Shown here: positions 34,005 to 47,019 of the stretch, in pieces
How positions within the stretch are numbered: position 1 is the stretch's first letter
How the letters are laid out: each line of letters begins with the position of its first letter
NCBI GenBank assembly: GCA_035221665.1
Contig: CM069136.1
Span: forward strand, 108,562,001-108,626,000
DNA length: 64,000 nt
Reading direction: 5' to 3'
From: Okamejei kenojei
Lineage: Eukaryota
Position numbers and translations under genes: made by a program
The notes under the pieces: generated by a model
What the model was told of the DNA's origin: nothing
Seen by the model: the letters and a program-made list of their open reading frames with translations, nothing else
The model's database searches: none

Positions 34005-34282
34005 ACACATTTGCTGCCTGGCAATGTCGGAGACCCGGGATCGATCCTGACTGTGCATGCTGTCTGACCAGAGTTTGTACGCTCTCCCTGTGACCACATA
34101 CGTTTTCTCCGGGTGCTCCAGTTTCCTCCCACATCCCAATGACGTGCAGGTTTGTAGGCTAATTGGCATCTGTAAACTGCCCCTGGTGTGTCGGATAGAA
34201 TTAATGATCTTTGGTCGGCACAGACTCAGTGGGCCAAAGGACCTGATTCCACTCTGTATCTCTGAACAAAACTAAACTGAAG
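34005..34282 (+). mobile_element. V-SINE
   Basis: GAGACCCGGGATCGATCCTG head, TTTCCTCCCACATCCCAA core, TAAAC tail. Confidence 0.85.
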
Positions 34283-34290
34283 TATATCAA

Positions 34291-34970
34291 GCAACACTTG
34301 TCCCTTTGCCTCCCCCCTCCACTCCTTCCGGTTCCGACAGAGGTTCACCTGCACCTCCTCCAACCTCATCTACTGCATCCGCTGCTCCAGATGCCAGATG
34401 ACCTATATCGGTGAGACCAAGCGGAGGCTTGGCGATCGTTTCGCCGAACACCTCCGCTCGGTCCGCATTAACCAACCCGACCTCCCAGTGGCTCAGCACT
34501 TCAACTCCCCCTCCCATTCCGTATCCGACCTCTCGGGCCTCCTCCACGGCCAGAGTGAGCAACACCGCAAGTTGGAGGAACAGCACCTCATATTCCGCTT
34601 GGGGAGTCTGCATCCTCTGGGCTTGAACATTGAATTTTCTCAATTCTGTTAACCCTTGCTGTCTCCTCCCCTTCCCACCTCTCCCTCAACCCTCGGGCCC
34701 TGGCATTCCCTCTCTCTCTATCTCCCTCCCCCACCCTAGTCGCACTAGCTTCTCATTTTCACACCACAAACAGCTTACAATGGCTTGTTCCCTTTATCAT
34801 CGATACTTTTTTGCATATCTTTCATTCATTGTTCTTTATCTCTCCACATCACCGTCTATACCTCTCGTTTCCCTGATCCCTGACCAGTCTGAAGAAGGGT
34901 CTCGACCCGAAACGTCGGCAATCTCCTTCGCTCCTTAGATGCTGCTGCACCCGCTGAGTTTCTCCAGCCT
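34291..34970 (+). mobile_element. 5'-truncated Penelope-like element (GIY-YIG endonuclease C-terminus + pLTR)
   Basis: SSNLIYCIRCSRCQMTYIGETKRRL..RF.EH...HFN...H...E...I..L..L.P.GLN; hammerhead core at 34889-34916. Confidence 0.92.
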
Positions 34971-36039
34971 CTTGAGTACCCTATATCAAGCAACCATTGG
35001 TTGTATGTTAGGTGGTGTTTGTTGTTTGTTGTACTTGGTGTATGTTGGAGGTTTTTGCAGGCAGAATACTTTGATCTGAGTGGGAAAATTCCGGTACTAT
35101 TGCCTGCCTGTTGTCCTTCTCTGGCATCTGGAAGCATGTACAAGTACGCAAGCCAAAATAATTTATTTGTGGTTCAGCTTCTCCTGGTTGGGTACATCTG
35201 CTTTCCCAAGGTCCAATGTTCTCCCCTTCATGCTGAAATACAAAATTAACACAGAGTCCCTTTTCACTAATCAGAGATACATCTAACCCTGAATGAACCA
35301 AATTGTTTTATATCCTTACTAACCAGGCCAGGAGTTTATTTGTGTGCTTCATGCCATGCCTCGGTTAAGTAGAAGCGTGTAACATTGCCCAGTTTGCCAA
35401 ATGGTCAAGTGATTTATTGGGTTATGGTGCTCCTTCCACATTTAGCTACTCACAGCTGAAGATTGCTAGGTTAAAGGTTACAGTTAGAGTCACCAATGTT
35501 ACCAATTAACAAACAAAGGCTGCATTTGATGAGTGCAGTATGCCCGGCAGACACTTACTTATTTATGCACTTTCACGGGATGTAGATATCTTGGACAATA
35601 CCTGCATTCATCATTCATCTCAAATTGCACGCAGATAAGAGTCAGCATGGCGATTGGTCTGGGGTTTCATGCAGACCAGATGGTGCAAGGATAGCAGATA
35701 TTCTTTTCTGGATGATATTAGTGAACCTAATAGGTTTTCATCATTCTTTGAATTCATGATTTATTTAATCACCTGAATTTAAATTTTCCAGATACCATGG
35801 TGACTTTCAAACTGGTGAAGATCAGTGGACACTGGTACAGTAATTATGCCTTCAGGTGGTTTAGTACTTGCTTGGTCGATTGCAGTGAGACACAACAGAG
35901 GTAGATAGATAGATTGATAGATAGATAAGGCAGAGATACTAACCAGTGGCAGGAAGAATGTGCAAACCCCTTACAAATAGTATTGTTGGATTTGTGAGGC
36001 AGTAGCACTAACTGCTGTGTCACCATGCCAGGCAAATGC

Positions 36040-36290
36040 TTTAGACAATAGACAATAGACAAGAGGTGCAGGAGTAGGCCATATGGCCCTTCAAGCCAGC
36101 ACCGCCATTCAATGTGATTATGGCTGATCATCCACAATCAGTACCCCGCTCCTGCCTTCTTCCCATATCCCCTGACTCTGCTATCTTCAAGAACCCTATC
36201 TAGCTCTCTCTTTCAAGTTTCCAGAGTAACGGCCTCCACCACCCACTGAGGCAGAGAATTCCGCAGACTCACAACTCTCTGTGTGAAACT
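36040..36290 (-). mobile_element. CR1 3' fragment (TATTGTC tail)
   Basis: (TAGACAA)n plus conserved 3'UTR. Confidence 0.88.
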
Positions 36291-37439
36291 TTAGATGTTC
36301 TGAAAGATTCTTTGAAAGTGTAAATAATTCTTTCTTCCCACTTTTGGTCAACAAGCTCCAGCTATGAGCCTAGTGTTGGGATTCACAGTACTCATAAAGT
36401 CTGGCATTAGTCATGATTAGTACAGGTGTCAGAGGTTGTGGCGAGGAGGCAGGAGAATGGGATCAGGAGAGATAGATCAGCCATGATTGAATGGCAGAAT
36501 ATGCTTGATAGGCCAAATGGCCTAATTCTACTCCTCTTATGACCTTATGCACAGAGCTACAACCTTCTGCATTGTGGTAGGCTGCCTTTACTACCTTTGG
36601 TTCTGTCAGCTATAATGGTTTGATGCATGCCCATGAATTGTTCACCATTACTCCTGTGCCAGTTGAGCTATCTTTACTCCTGTTTAAGCAACACCTTGAT
36701 TTTAACATCTCACAATTGCTTATGAATCCGGTCTTAACCTTGCCTCTTCTAACGTCTGTAATATCCTCCAGCATTGCACCTCCACTTCAAGCACCTTGTC
36801 TGTTCCTGATATTAATTATGTCACCAATAAAACCAGTTAGCTGCACTCATGTATGATCTAATGGGTAGGCACGTGAGTCTTTCGTAAAGAGTGATATTGG
36901 AAGGAGAGGAAGCTGTTCTCATCCCCTATCCAAGCACAAGTGTCCCTCAAGGGAAATTGTGCAAAGCATTCAATGAAAAATGTTCCTGAAATAGGATGGG
37001 AAAACTTTGGACACTTCCAAGCACTAATGCTGTTAACAATAGCACTAAAATCGCATTAACAGCAATCATGCACAAATTTGTTATTTCAAATGCTGGTGCA
37101 GTAGATTAATTAACAACACTAATTAAATTTGTACTCGTGAATCGCCACATGTGTTTTCGCCACATTCAGGTGTTATTACCAGTGTTTATTGAAATAGGCA
37201 TCCTGGAGTTCTGGCCTGGAAGAAGATGGGCAAATCCAGTGATGATTCCTGGTTCTCTTTCCATGAAATATTGCTTGTTGTATTGTGAGCGTCCAGAGAG
37301 AAAATCAATACTTTTGGAAAATCCAGAACAGGTTTTCCAAAAAAAATTACCTCCTTCCTCCAGTGAAGAGAATATTGTTGTTCTAGTTCTCCAACCAGTC
37401 TGTCTTCCTGACTACATTTTTATCTTTGTATGCATCTTG

Positions 37440-37864
37440 TCACCTTCTCCTAGCTACCATTGATCTATTCTACATTTTCCTTGAACTTCGTCCCTTTTAA
37501 TCTCTCGTCCCTTTGATCTCTGTGTCATAGTTCCGAAGTTCACAATTAGATCACCCAACAATATTGTGTAGGAGGAAACCGCAGATGCTGGTTTACACCA
37601 AAGATAGACACAAAATGCTGGACACCTAATTTTCACAACTTACCCTTCCATATCTCTGTCTCCCTCTCCCCTGACTCTCAATCTGAAGAAGGGTTTCGAC
37701 CTAAAACATCACCCATGCCTTCTATCCGGAGATCTGCCTGTCTCTCTGAGTTACTCCAGCATTTTGTGTCTATCTTTGGTATAAACCAGCATCTGTGGTT
37801 CCCTCCTACACAATATTGTTGGGTGATCTAATGGTGAACTTCGGAACTATGACACTGAGATCAA
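37440..37864 (+). mobile_element. Penelope pLTR fragment containing a 110-bp inverted duplication
   Basis: Arms 37513-37622 and 37755-37864; hammerhead-like core at 37683. Confidence 0.8.
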
Positions 37865-37986
37865 TAGGCAGAATAAAACCCTCATGCAATAACTGAGAGA
37901 TGGTATACTGAGCAGGTGAGACTCCTCTTCGGAGATTTGTTTCCGTTGATTAAGCTCATTTTAGAAGGCCACTGCACTGTACAAAC

Positions 37987-38485
37987 AGGTGAGACCAAGC
38001 GGAGGCTTGGCGATCGTTTCGCCGAACACCTCCGCTCGGTCCGCAAAAACCAACCCGACCTCCCGGTGGCTCAGCACTTCAACTCCCCCTCCCATTCCGC
38101 ATCCGACCTCTCGGTCCTGGTCCTCCTCCACGGCCAGAGTGAGCAACACCGCAAGTTGGAGGAACAGCACCTCATATTCCGCTTGGGGAGTCTGCATCCT
38201 TTGGGCTTGAACATTGAATTTTCTCAATTCTGTTAACCCTTGCTGTCTCCTCCCCTTCCCACCTCTCCCTCAGCCCTCGGGCCCTGGCATTCCCTCTATC
38301 TCCATCTTCCTCCCCCACCCTAGTCGCACTAGCTTCTCATTTTCACACCACAAACAGCTTACAATGGCTTGTTCCCTTTATCATCGATACTTTTTTGCAT
38401 ATCTTTCATTCATTGTTCTTTATCTCTCCACATCACTTTTTGTGTAACCCTCGATTCTCCAGCATCTGCAGTTCCTTCTTTAACA
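37987..38485 (+). mobile_element. Penelope-like fragment (same family as 34291), internally deleted
   Basis: GETKRRLGDRFAEHLRSV...GLNIEFSQFC; UTR near-identical to copy 1. Confidence 0.92.
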
Positions 38486-38730
38486 CTAATTTCTACCATA
38501 CGGTTTTCACTTACTGATTTTCAGATCTAAGGGGCTTAAAAATAAAGTGATGGCAAATAAATGGAACTTGAAATTAAACATAGATTTATTCCTAGAATAG
38601 GTGTTCTGAATATACAAGTTGCTGGCAGGTAGAGAGATTGTCAGGAATAGTGCAAGTACACCTGTACACACATGAGGAAGTTTGTCAAGAAACAGAGGAA
38701 CAAGGAAACGAGAGAAACATAAGGAAGAAA

Positions 38731-38820
38731 GTATAAAACAATATTGATAGTGTGAAGGGAGTATAAAACAATATTGATAGTGTGAAGGGAGTATAAAACA
38801 ATATTGATAGTGTGAAGGGA
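38731..38820. repeat. Perfect 30-bp tandem triplication
   Basis: (GTATAAAACAATATTGATAGTGTGAAGGGA)x3. Confidence 0.97.
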
Positions 38821-39519
38821 GACTTACAAAAAACGATTATAGGCACCAAAGAGATCATCACTGACATTATCCAATTTCTGAGCAATAAATTCTGCCTCGT
38901 TTTATCGTTTAATTGAATTTTGAACAACGTAATGAGTTTTGATGGTGTTGTGCCTTTATTAGGCTGCACTGTTAATTATCACACAGGGAATATGAGTGTC
39001 TTCAATGTGTGAGGACCAAATCACCAAATTCATTGTGGTCTATTATACAAAGGATGATTCCATCCCAGGTTATTTAAGTAATAACATTGTTATATGTGCC
39101 AGACATAATTACAAAGTTGACAGGTCAGATGACTAAAAATAGAATATCACAAACAGATCATTGTTAAAAGAGCAAAAATAGATTGTAAATTGATTATGAG
39201 AAATAATTTGGGTTGAAAGCCTGAGGAAGTAAGCAAGTCATTTTGAATCAGTCATAGAGGATGTTTATCCATGCATCCCATTAGCTGTGTCCCAATGGAC
39301 AGCACTAACCTCTCAAAAAGAAAACTAGATACGAAAGATAGAGAGGTTCTGAGTTCAAATCCTCCTCCAGGCATTAGACATAGAGGTCCAGTGTATTACA
39401 AAGGGAGAGTTATACTATCACTGGGCTGATTAAGGATGAAGTATTAAAATCAAAGCTATGTTTGCTACCATTATATCAAAGTGCAATGCTTATGAATGTG
39501 ACCAGAGCTCTTAAAGATG

Positions 39520-39918
39520 TACAGGCCATCCTCGAGTTACAATTGTCCAATCTCTCATAAAATCTGAATATGAACAATCTCCAACAATATTATTAATTTC
39601 AAAGGTCCGACGTACATCTGTGTTCGTTCCAACAAGCAGCAGAACTAGTTTCCTTTAGTTATTGTTCATTTCTATCACTTACGTGCTTTTTGATTTCTTT
39701 CATCGTATTACCGTGGAAACGTTATTTCCATATTGTGTGATTTTTGTGCATCTTTCTACTTATTTTTAAATTAATATTTTTTTATTGGAGGGGAAAAAAA
39801 AAATTCACAGTACATCTGATGTATAGCATTACATTTTCCTCCATTTTGTTTTTCTACTTATGAACAAATTTGACCTAGAAAATCAGAACCTGTTTGTTAC
39901 CATTGGGGTGGCATGTGT
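39520..39918. mobile_element. Old Tigger-like DNA transposon remnant
   Basis: TA-CAGGCCATCCTCGAGTTAC left end and degenerate GGGGTGGCATGTG right end. Confidence 0.4.
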
Positions 39919-40129
39919 GAGGATTTATCCAAAGGCCTTTAATAAGGTTCCTCAGAGACAAATGAAGAGGTCAAAGGGTTCAGTGTCAGGGAGAAAGTAA
40001 TGGGATGGATTATCATCCGAAGGACATAAAGCAGTGAATGTGCACAAAGACCAACTGTTGACAGTGGGGGGAGGTGGACGGTGATGTTTTATAGAATCAG
40101 TGTTGGCACTGTTGCTACATACAAATTAC

Positions 40130-40335
40130 ACCCAGTGGTGGGTGTATGGAACACGCTGCCAGAGCAGATAGTTGAGGCTGGAAGAAACAGTTGGACAGGT
40201 ACATGGATAGGACAGGTTGGAGGATTATGGACTAAGCACAGGCAGGTAGAACTAGTGTAGCTGGGACATGTTGGCCGGCGTGGGCAAGTTGGGTCGAAGG
40301 GCCTGTTTCCATACTGTATCACTATATGTCTCTCT
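40130..40335 (+). mobile_element. CR1 family C 3' fragment
   Basis: Matches the reverse of the 8080-8194 and 9426-9520 segments. Confidence 0.75.
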
Positions 40336-42404
40336 GACAAGCACAAAAATATGTCCAAAAGACATATTGAGGGGAGGGTAGATGGGTAGATGGAGCTGGT
40401 GGTCAGTCATTTGACCACAGCAAACTTCAGGAAGACATGAAGAACTTGCACAGTGGGTAGACCACAGGAATGCAACATCTGCATCTCAGAATGGAAGGAA
40501 TGTGGAACTCACTCCCACAGGGAGGAGTTGGAGTAAGTAATATGGGCACATTTGAGGAAGGAGAGGGAAGCCTGGGTGTGAGAAGAGAAAGAGGATGTCA
40601 GACTGATATATGTAGGTGAAGAAAGGCAGGATGAGGCTGGAGTAGTCGGATAAAGGTTTGTCTAGTCACAGCAGGGCCAAATGATCTGTTTCTGTTCCGT
40701 AAGCCCTCTGTAAACTTTGGGAGAATTATTTCTGGTGTTCTGGACAATATCTATTCATTGAAGAACTGCAGAACAGTGAATTCTGTTCGGTATCACACTG
40801 CTATTTTGGAAGGAGTTATCACTACGCTATTACAACAGTGACAACACTCTAAAAGCACTTTGTTGCCTATAAAATGCTTTGTGATGTCCAGAAAGAGATG
40901 TGAAGGTTGGTGTATTAGTGCATGTTTTCTGTTTACTTCTCTCTGGAGATTTGCAGCCTTTCAGAAATTCCAGATCCAGGACAAGAAAGGAATAAAAAGG
41001 AAAGGCCGGTGATGGAATGGTGAGCAAGAGAATTAAATTTCCAAAGGAAAATATTATCTTGTATTACACAGTAAAGGTTTATGACGAGCACTCTGGTCTC
41101 CAAATGACTTCCTTAAGTCTCCGCTAGGCAGCTGAAAATATGTGGGAGAATCTGAAGCAAACTGCATTAAGATGACCTGGCAGAGAGAGCTGGACTGACT
41201 TTCTAAAGCTGTTAACATTAAGCACTGCACCAATAATGGCTGGTTCTGACATAAGAACACTTCTGACCACAGTAAAAAAAAGGATTCAGTGATGTTCATT
41301 GGAGAAGGAAAACTAGCATCTTTACTCGGTCTGGCCTACTTAGCAGTAATAGATGGAAGCTACATTATTGTCGTATGTAGCTAAATACAGTAAAATGCAG
41401 TAGAATCATACTATACATAAGCACAATCATCTCATCCCTTCAGTCCAAGGGCAATAGTTGATGGCCTAACCAATGATATTGGCAGCTCTGGAATGAATTT
41501 GAAACCCTATGAACAGTGGCCTGCGAATAGATTGTTCCTTTGGCTGCCCTGCAGATCAGGGATTCGAACAAGGTTCAAGGGAAATTAGTTTAATACACGT
41601 TAATATGGGTCAATGATTAGTTGTGAATTCATAGGTACATGCAGCACCCAAAAAGGCCCTTCAGCTTACCGTTTCCATGCCAACCAAAAATACATTCTAT
41701 CTTTGTTCCACCCCCTCACCTGGCGTCAGTCTGAATAAGGGTCTCGACCCGAAACGTTGCACATTCTTTATCTCCAGAGATGCTGCCTCACCCACTGAGT
41801 TATTCCAGCATTTTGTGTCTGCCAGCCATCAAGTACCTGTTTACGTGAATCCCATTTTTTATTTCTCTCCATTTTCCCATCATGACAACTCCCCAACCCC
41901 CAGGATCCTCGAGTAGTGAATTTGTGGAATTCATTGCCACAGATGGCTGTGGAGATGCCAAGTCTTTGGATATTTGTAAAGTGGAGGTTCTTGATTAGTA
42001 AATATGTCAAAGAATCAGGTGAGAAGGCAGGAGAATGGGGTTGAGAGGGTAAGATACATCAGCCATGATTGAATGGTAGAGTAGACTTGGTGGGTAGAAT
42101 GGCCTGGTTCCGTTCCAATTACTTATGAACATAAATTCTAACACCCATCAATGCATAACACCCATAAATTCTAACACCCAGGAACGATCGACTGCAATCG
42201 ACCTACAGACCGACATGTTTTGGGATGTTGCAGGAAACCAAAACTCCTGGACTAGCCTTCATGGTCACGGGGAGTATAAAATGACTCTACAAATCCCAGC
42301 TTCTGCCAATATGAGGAATGAGCCATAATTCTTTATTATTGTTAGCAGAGTGGAAGACCTCCAGTCTGAATATCTGTGGCCAAAAACAAATTGCAATCTA
42401 CATC

Positions 42405-43566
42405 TCCCACATAAGAGATTAGCATACAAACTTAAAGCACACGATATTGGGGGTTCAGTATTGATGTGGATAGAGAACTGGCTGGCAGACAGGAAGCAAA
42501 GAGTAAGAGTAAACGGGTCCTTTTCAGAATGGCAGACAGTGACTAGTGGGGTGCCGCAAGGCTCAGTGCTGGGACCCCAGCTATTTACAATATATATTAA
42601 TGATCTGGATGAGGGAGTTGAATGTAACATCTCCAAGTTTGCGGATGACACGAAGCTGGGGGGGCAGTGTTAGGTGTGAGGAGGATGCTAGGAGGCTGCA
42701 AGGTGACTTGGATAGGTTGGGTGAGTGGGCAAATGCATGGCAGATGCAGTATAATGTGGATAAATGTGAGGTTATCCACTTTGGTGGCAAAAACAGGAGG
42801 GTAGACTATTATCTGAATGGCGGCCGATTAGGAAAAGGGGAGATGCAATGAGACCTGGGTGTCATGGTACACCAATCATTTAAAGTAGGCATGCAGGTGC
42901 AGCAGGCAGCGAAGAAAGCGAATGGTATGTTGGCATTTATAGCAAAAGGATGTGAGTACAAGAGAAGGGAGGTTCTACTTCAGTTGTACAGGGTTTTGGT
43001 GAGGCCACACCTGGAGTATTGCGTACAGTTTTGGTCTCCTAATCTGATGAAAGACATTCTTGCCATAGAGGGAGTACAGAGAAGGTTCACCAGACTGATT
43101 CCTGGGATGGCAGGACTTCCATATGAAGAAAGACTGGATAGACTCGGCTTGTACTCGCTGGAATTTAGGAGATTGAGGGGGGATCTTATAGAGATTAAAA
43201 TTCTTAATGGGTTGGACAGGCTAGATGCAGGAAGATTGTTTCTGATGTTGGGGAACTCCAGAACAAGGGGTCACAGTTTAAGGATAAGGGGGAAGTCTTT
43301 TAGGACCGAGATGAGAAAACCATTTTTTCACACAGAGAGTGATGAGTCTGTGGAATTCTCTGCCACAGAAGGTAGTTGAGGCCAGTTCATTGGCTATATT
43401 TAAGAGGGAGTTAGATGCGGCCCTTGTGGTTAAAGGGATCAGGGGGTATGGAGAGAAGGCAGGTACAGGATACTGAGTTGGATGATCAGCCATGATCATA
43501 TTGAATGGCGGTGCAGGCTCGAAGGGCCGAATGGCCTACTCCTGCACATATTTTCTATGATTCTAT
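42405..43566 (+). mobile_element. 5'-truncated CR1 LINE (family A)
   Basis: [34 protein letters not shown]; few frameshifts; TTTCTATG tail. Confidence 0.95.
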
Positions 43567-44427
43567 CTCATGAATCAATCAACTCTTCAAGAAAAAAAAT
43601 CTATATCTAATAAATTCAGTAAATAAATATACACAATCTTTGGAAAAGTATAATTATACCTTCAAAGTGTTGATTTACTTATGAGACATAGCACAACATA
43701 CCAAAATAGTTTTTAAATTACAACAGTTTTCCACCACCTTTATAAAATCTGAAGGTATACAATTGCATTACTGTTAAGTCCTAAAGAATTTGGACTGGAG
43801 ACTTGTGTACTTATTGGAGACATTGTACCTTTGTTTCAAATTCCCACTTGGCTTTTCTCAAGGTGTAAGTGGAACGAATGCAAGGTGTTTCTTTGCTATT
43901 TCGAGAGCCACTGAAGACCATAGGTGATACATTTGCTGCATGTAAGTGTCTGATCTTTAAGTCCTTTGTGATTTTTCTCTTGGATCCCATTACCCGACAC
44001 ACAGAAAGATTGGAAGATTCTGTTCCGAGAGTATACAAGGAGAAATGATATGTCAGTGAAGGTCATCAGGCTGTCAGGTTGTAGGATGAAGGGTAACTCA
44101 GAGAGGAACTCATTCTGAATCCTATTCCTGCATTTAAGCAACTTACAATGATGGATGTTGAATTATGGGCTGCAGTGCTACCGGGAAATGTTGCCTTTTA
44201 AAGATATTTTGCATTCATGACGTGCCGTGGGAAGAATTTCCAAGTCAAGTGACAGGCTTTTATAAATTACCTTGCAATGTTTCTCCGATAAATCTGATGT
44301 AGTACAGTGGGTTCTTGGACTCAGGTCCCACACTAAGCTCCGCACTAATCACCGTCTAACGGGTGAATCATTGTGCTAACCTTGCCATAAATGTGGACTG
44401 CTGGATTATTGCACAGTGCCAGTAGAT

Positions 44428-45030
44428 GATCGAGGGTTACACAAAAAGCTGGAGAAACTCAGCGGGTGCAGCAGCATCTAAGGAGCGAAGGAGATAGGCG
44501 ACGTTTCGGGTCGAGACCCTTCTTCAGACTGGTCAGGGATCAGGGAAAAGAGAGATATAGACGGTGATGTGGAGAGATAAGGAACAATGAATGAAAGATA
44601 TGCAAAAAAGTATCGATGATAAAGGGAACAAGCCATTGTAAGCTGTTTGTGGTGTGAAAATGAGAAGCTAGTGCGACTAGGGTGGGGGAGGGAGATAGAG
44701 ATAGAGGGAATGCCAGGGCCCGAGGGCTGAGGGAGAGGTGGGAGGGGGTGGAGACAGCAAGGGTTAACAGAATTGAGAAAATTCAATGTTCAAGCCCAAA
44801 GGATGCAGACTCCCCAAGCGGAATATGAGGTGCTGTTCCTCCAACTTGCGGTGTTTCTCACTCTGGCCATGGAGGAGGCCTAGGACCGAGAGGTTGGATA
44901 TGGAATGGGAGGGGGAGTTGAAGTGCTGAGCCACCGGGAGGTCGGGTTGGTTTTTGCGGACCGAGCGGAGGTGTTCGGCGAAACGATCGCCAAGCCTCCG
45001 CTTGGTCTCACCGATATAGATCATCTGGCC
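44428..45030 (-). mobile_element. Penelope-like fragment (same family as 34291)
   Basis: QMIYIGETKRRL...GLNIEFSQFC; intact hammerhead core 44500-44527. Confidence 0.92.
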
Positions 45031-45099
45031 GGTAGATGATCGGTGCAGTCTGAACTGGAACCGGCACGACAGCACCAGTCAGTATGGCAAGTCGCCCTG

Positions 45100-45365
45100 G
45101 CCTCCAGATTAAGGGACAGTTTCTTCCTAGCTGTAGTCAGGCAACTGAATCATCCTACCACAACCAGAGAGCAGTGCTGAACTACTATCTACCTCTTTGG
45201 TGACCCTCAGACTATCCTTGATTGGACTTTGCTGGATTTACCTTACACTAAACATTATTCCCTTATTATGTAGCTATACACTGTAAATACAGTAGCTCGA
45301 TTGTAAGCATGTAGTGTCCTTCCGCTGACTGGATAGCACGCAACAAAAGCTTTTAACTGTGCCTC
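45100..45365 (+). mobile_element. Rex1/Babar 3' fragment
   Basis: R.RDSFF.AVVRQLN and UTR similar to 27720-27870. Confidence 0.65.
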
Positions 45366-45862
45366 AATTCTTGCTGTTGAGGGAGTGTAGCGTAGGTTTA
45401 CAAGGTTAATTCCCGGGCTGGCGGGACTGTCATATGCTGAGAGAATGGAGCGGCTGGGCTTGTACACGCTGGACTTTAGAACGATGAGAGGGGATCTTAT
45501 TGAAACATATAAGATTATTAAAGGTTTGGACACGCTAAAGGCAGGAAACATGTTCCTGATATTGGGGGAGTCCAGAACCAGGGTCCACAGTTTAAGAATA
45601 AGAGGTAAGCTATTTAGAACGGAGACGAAGAAACACTTTTTCACACAGAGAGTTGTGAGTCTGTGGAATTCTCTGCCTCAGAGGGTAGTGGAGGCCGGTT
45701 CCCTCGATATTTTCAGGAGAGAGCTAGATATTGCTCTTAAAAATAGCGGCGTCAGGGTTATGGGGAGAAGGCAGGAACGGGGTACTGATTAGGGATGATC
45801 TGCCATGATCACATCGAAGGGCTGAATGGCCTACTTCTGCACCTATTGTCTGTTGTCTATTG
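45366..45862 (+). mobile_element. CR1 3' fragment
   Basis: ERLGLYTLDF..MRGDLIETYKI; TATTGTC tail. Confidence 0.9.
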
Positions 45863-46299
45863 CGACAGTAAACTAAACTGTAACTGTAGTCAATGCACTT
45901 TCCTTCCAAGTAAGATCTGTTGGGATGTATTTTAATCTGAAGAATTTTCCCCAAAAGCGAGATGGTGTGAAGACTGATTAATTCCCTAAATAAATTCTAA
46001 TTTGTGTTGGTATTTTTTGGATGGATTTCAGTTGACTATTTTTATTGGGTGTTATACAAGAGAATTAGAAAGGGAGTAGACAATCTGGCTCGTGCGGTTT
46101 GTGCCATCATTAATCTTGGTTTCTCCCTGACTTAGGGTGAGATACTATAGTGTCAGAGGGAGATACATCACAGACACAGGATTCAGATCCATGATCTTTC
46201 ATCCAAATTGTTTTTATTGTCTGCAGCTTGGATCAGCATGTGTTGCTAAGTTATAGAAGAAGTCAAGGCAGTCATGACATAACTCTAAAGAACATTGAC

Positions 46300-46935
46300 C
46301 TACAGAGGGATCTTGGCCATCAGTCTATAGCTTTGTGAAAATGGCAACACAGGTAGATAGGGTGGTGAGAAGACGTTCAGCACGCTGGCCTTTATTGGTT
46401 GATGCGTTGAATAGCGAAGTTGGCAAGTCATACAGCAGCTGTATAGTAGTTTAGTTAGACCACACTTGGAATATTGTGTGCCGTTCTGGTCAGTTCAGAA
46501 GGATATGGAAGCTTTGGAGAGGGAACATACGATATTTACCAGGATATTACCTGGATTAAAAATTCTAAGGTATAAGGAGAAATTGGACATTCCTGGATTG
46601 TTTTCTCAGAGTGTCAGAGAAGGAAGGGTGATCTAATATGAGTATATAAAATTATGAGAAAATTAGATGGGGTATTTAGTGAAAGTTTTTTTTTCCCCTG
46701 GGTGGAAATGTCAAAATAGTAGAGGGGATAGATTTACTGTGAGGGGGGAAATTACATTATTTTGTAACTTAATAAATTACGTTATAAATTAAGGTAAGAC
46801 ACGTTATTTGCACAGAGTGGTAGGTATCTGGAATGCACTGTCAAGAATATAAGCAGAAGCAGATATGATTCTACAGAGGCATTTAGACCGGCATATGAAC
46901 AAGCAGGGATGGAGAAATACATACCATGTACAGGG
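46300..46935 (+). mobile_element. Old CR1 fragment
   Basis: Degenerate QRDLG..H..LK...QVDRVVKK, RPHLEYCV.FWS. Confidence 0.75.
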
Positions 46936-47019
46936 AAATGGGCCTTTTCATAGCGGAAAATATCTCCAAGAAATGTCCATTGCATTGTAGCATGAGGTGA
47001 GTTGTAGACACAGGGAAGA

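Noticed and set aside
38731-38820. 30-bp repeats as a CRISPR array (also considered for 52269-52678 and 62755-63121)
   Set aside because: Head-to-tail tandem repeats with no unique spacers, no cas genes, eukaryotic context
43840-43950. Possible small host exon ending at CAT|GTAAGT
   Set aside because: No convincing acceptor or recognisable peptide; cannot be supported without RNA-seq
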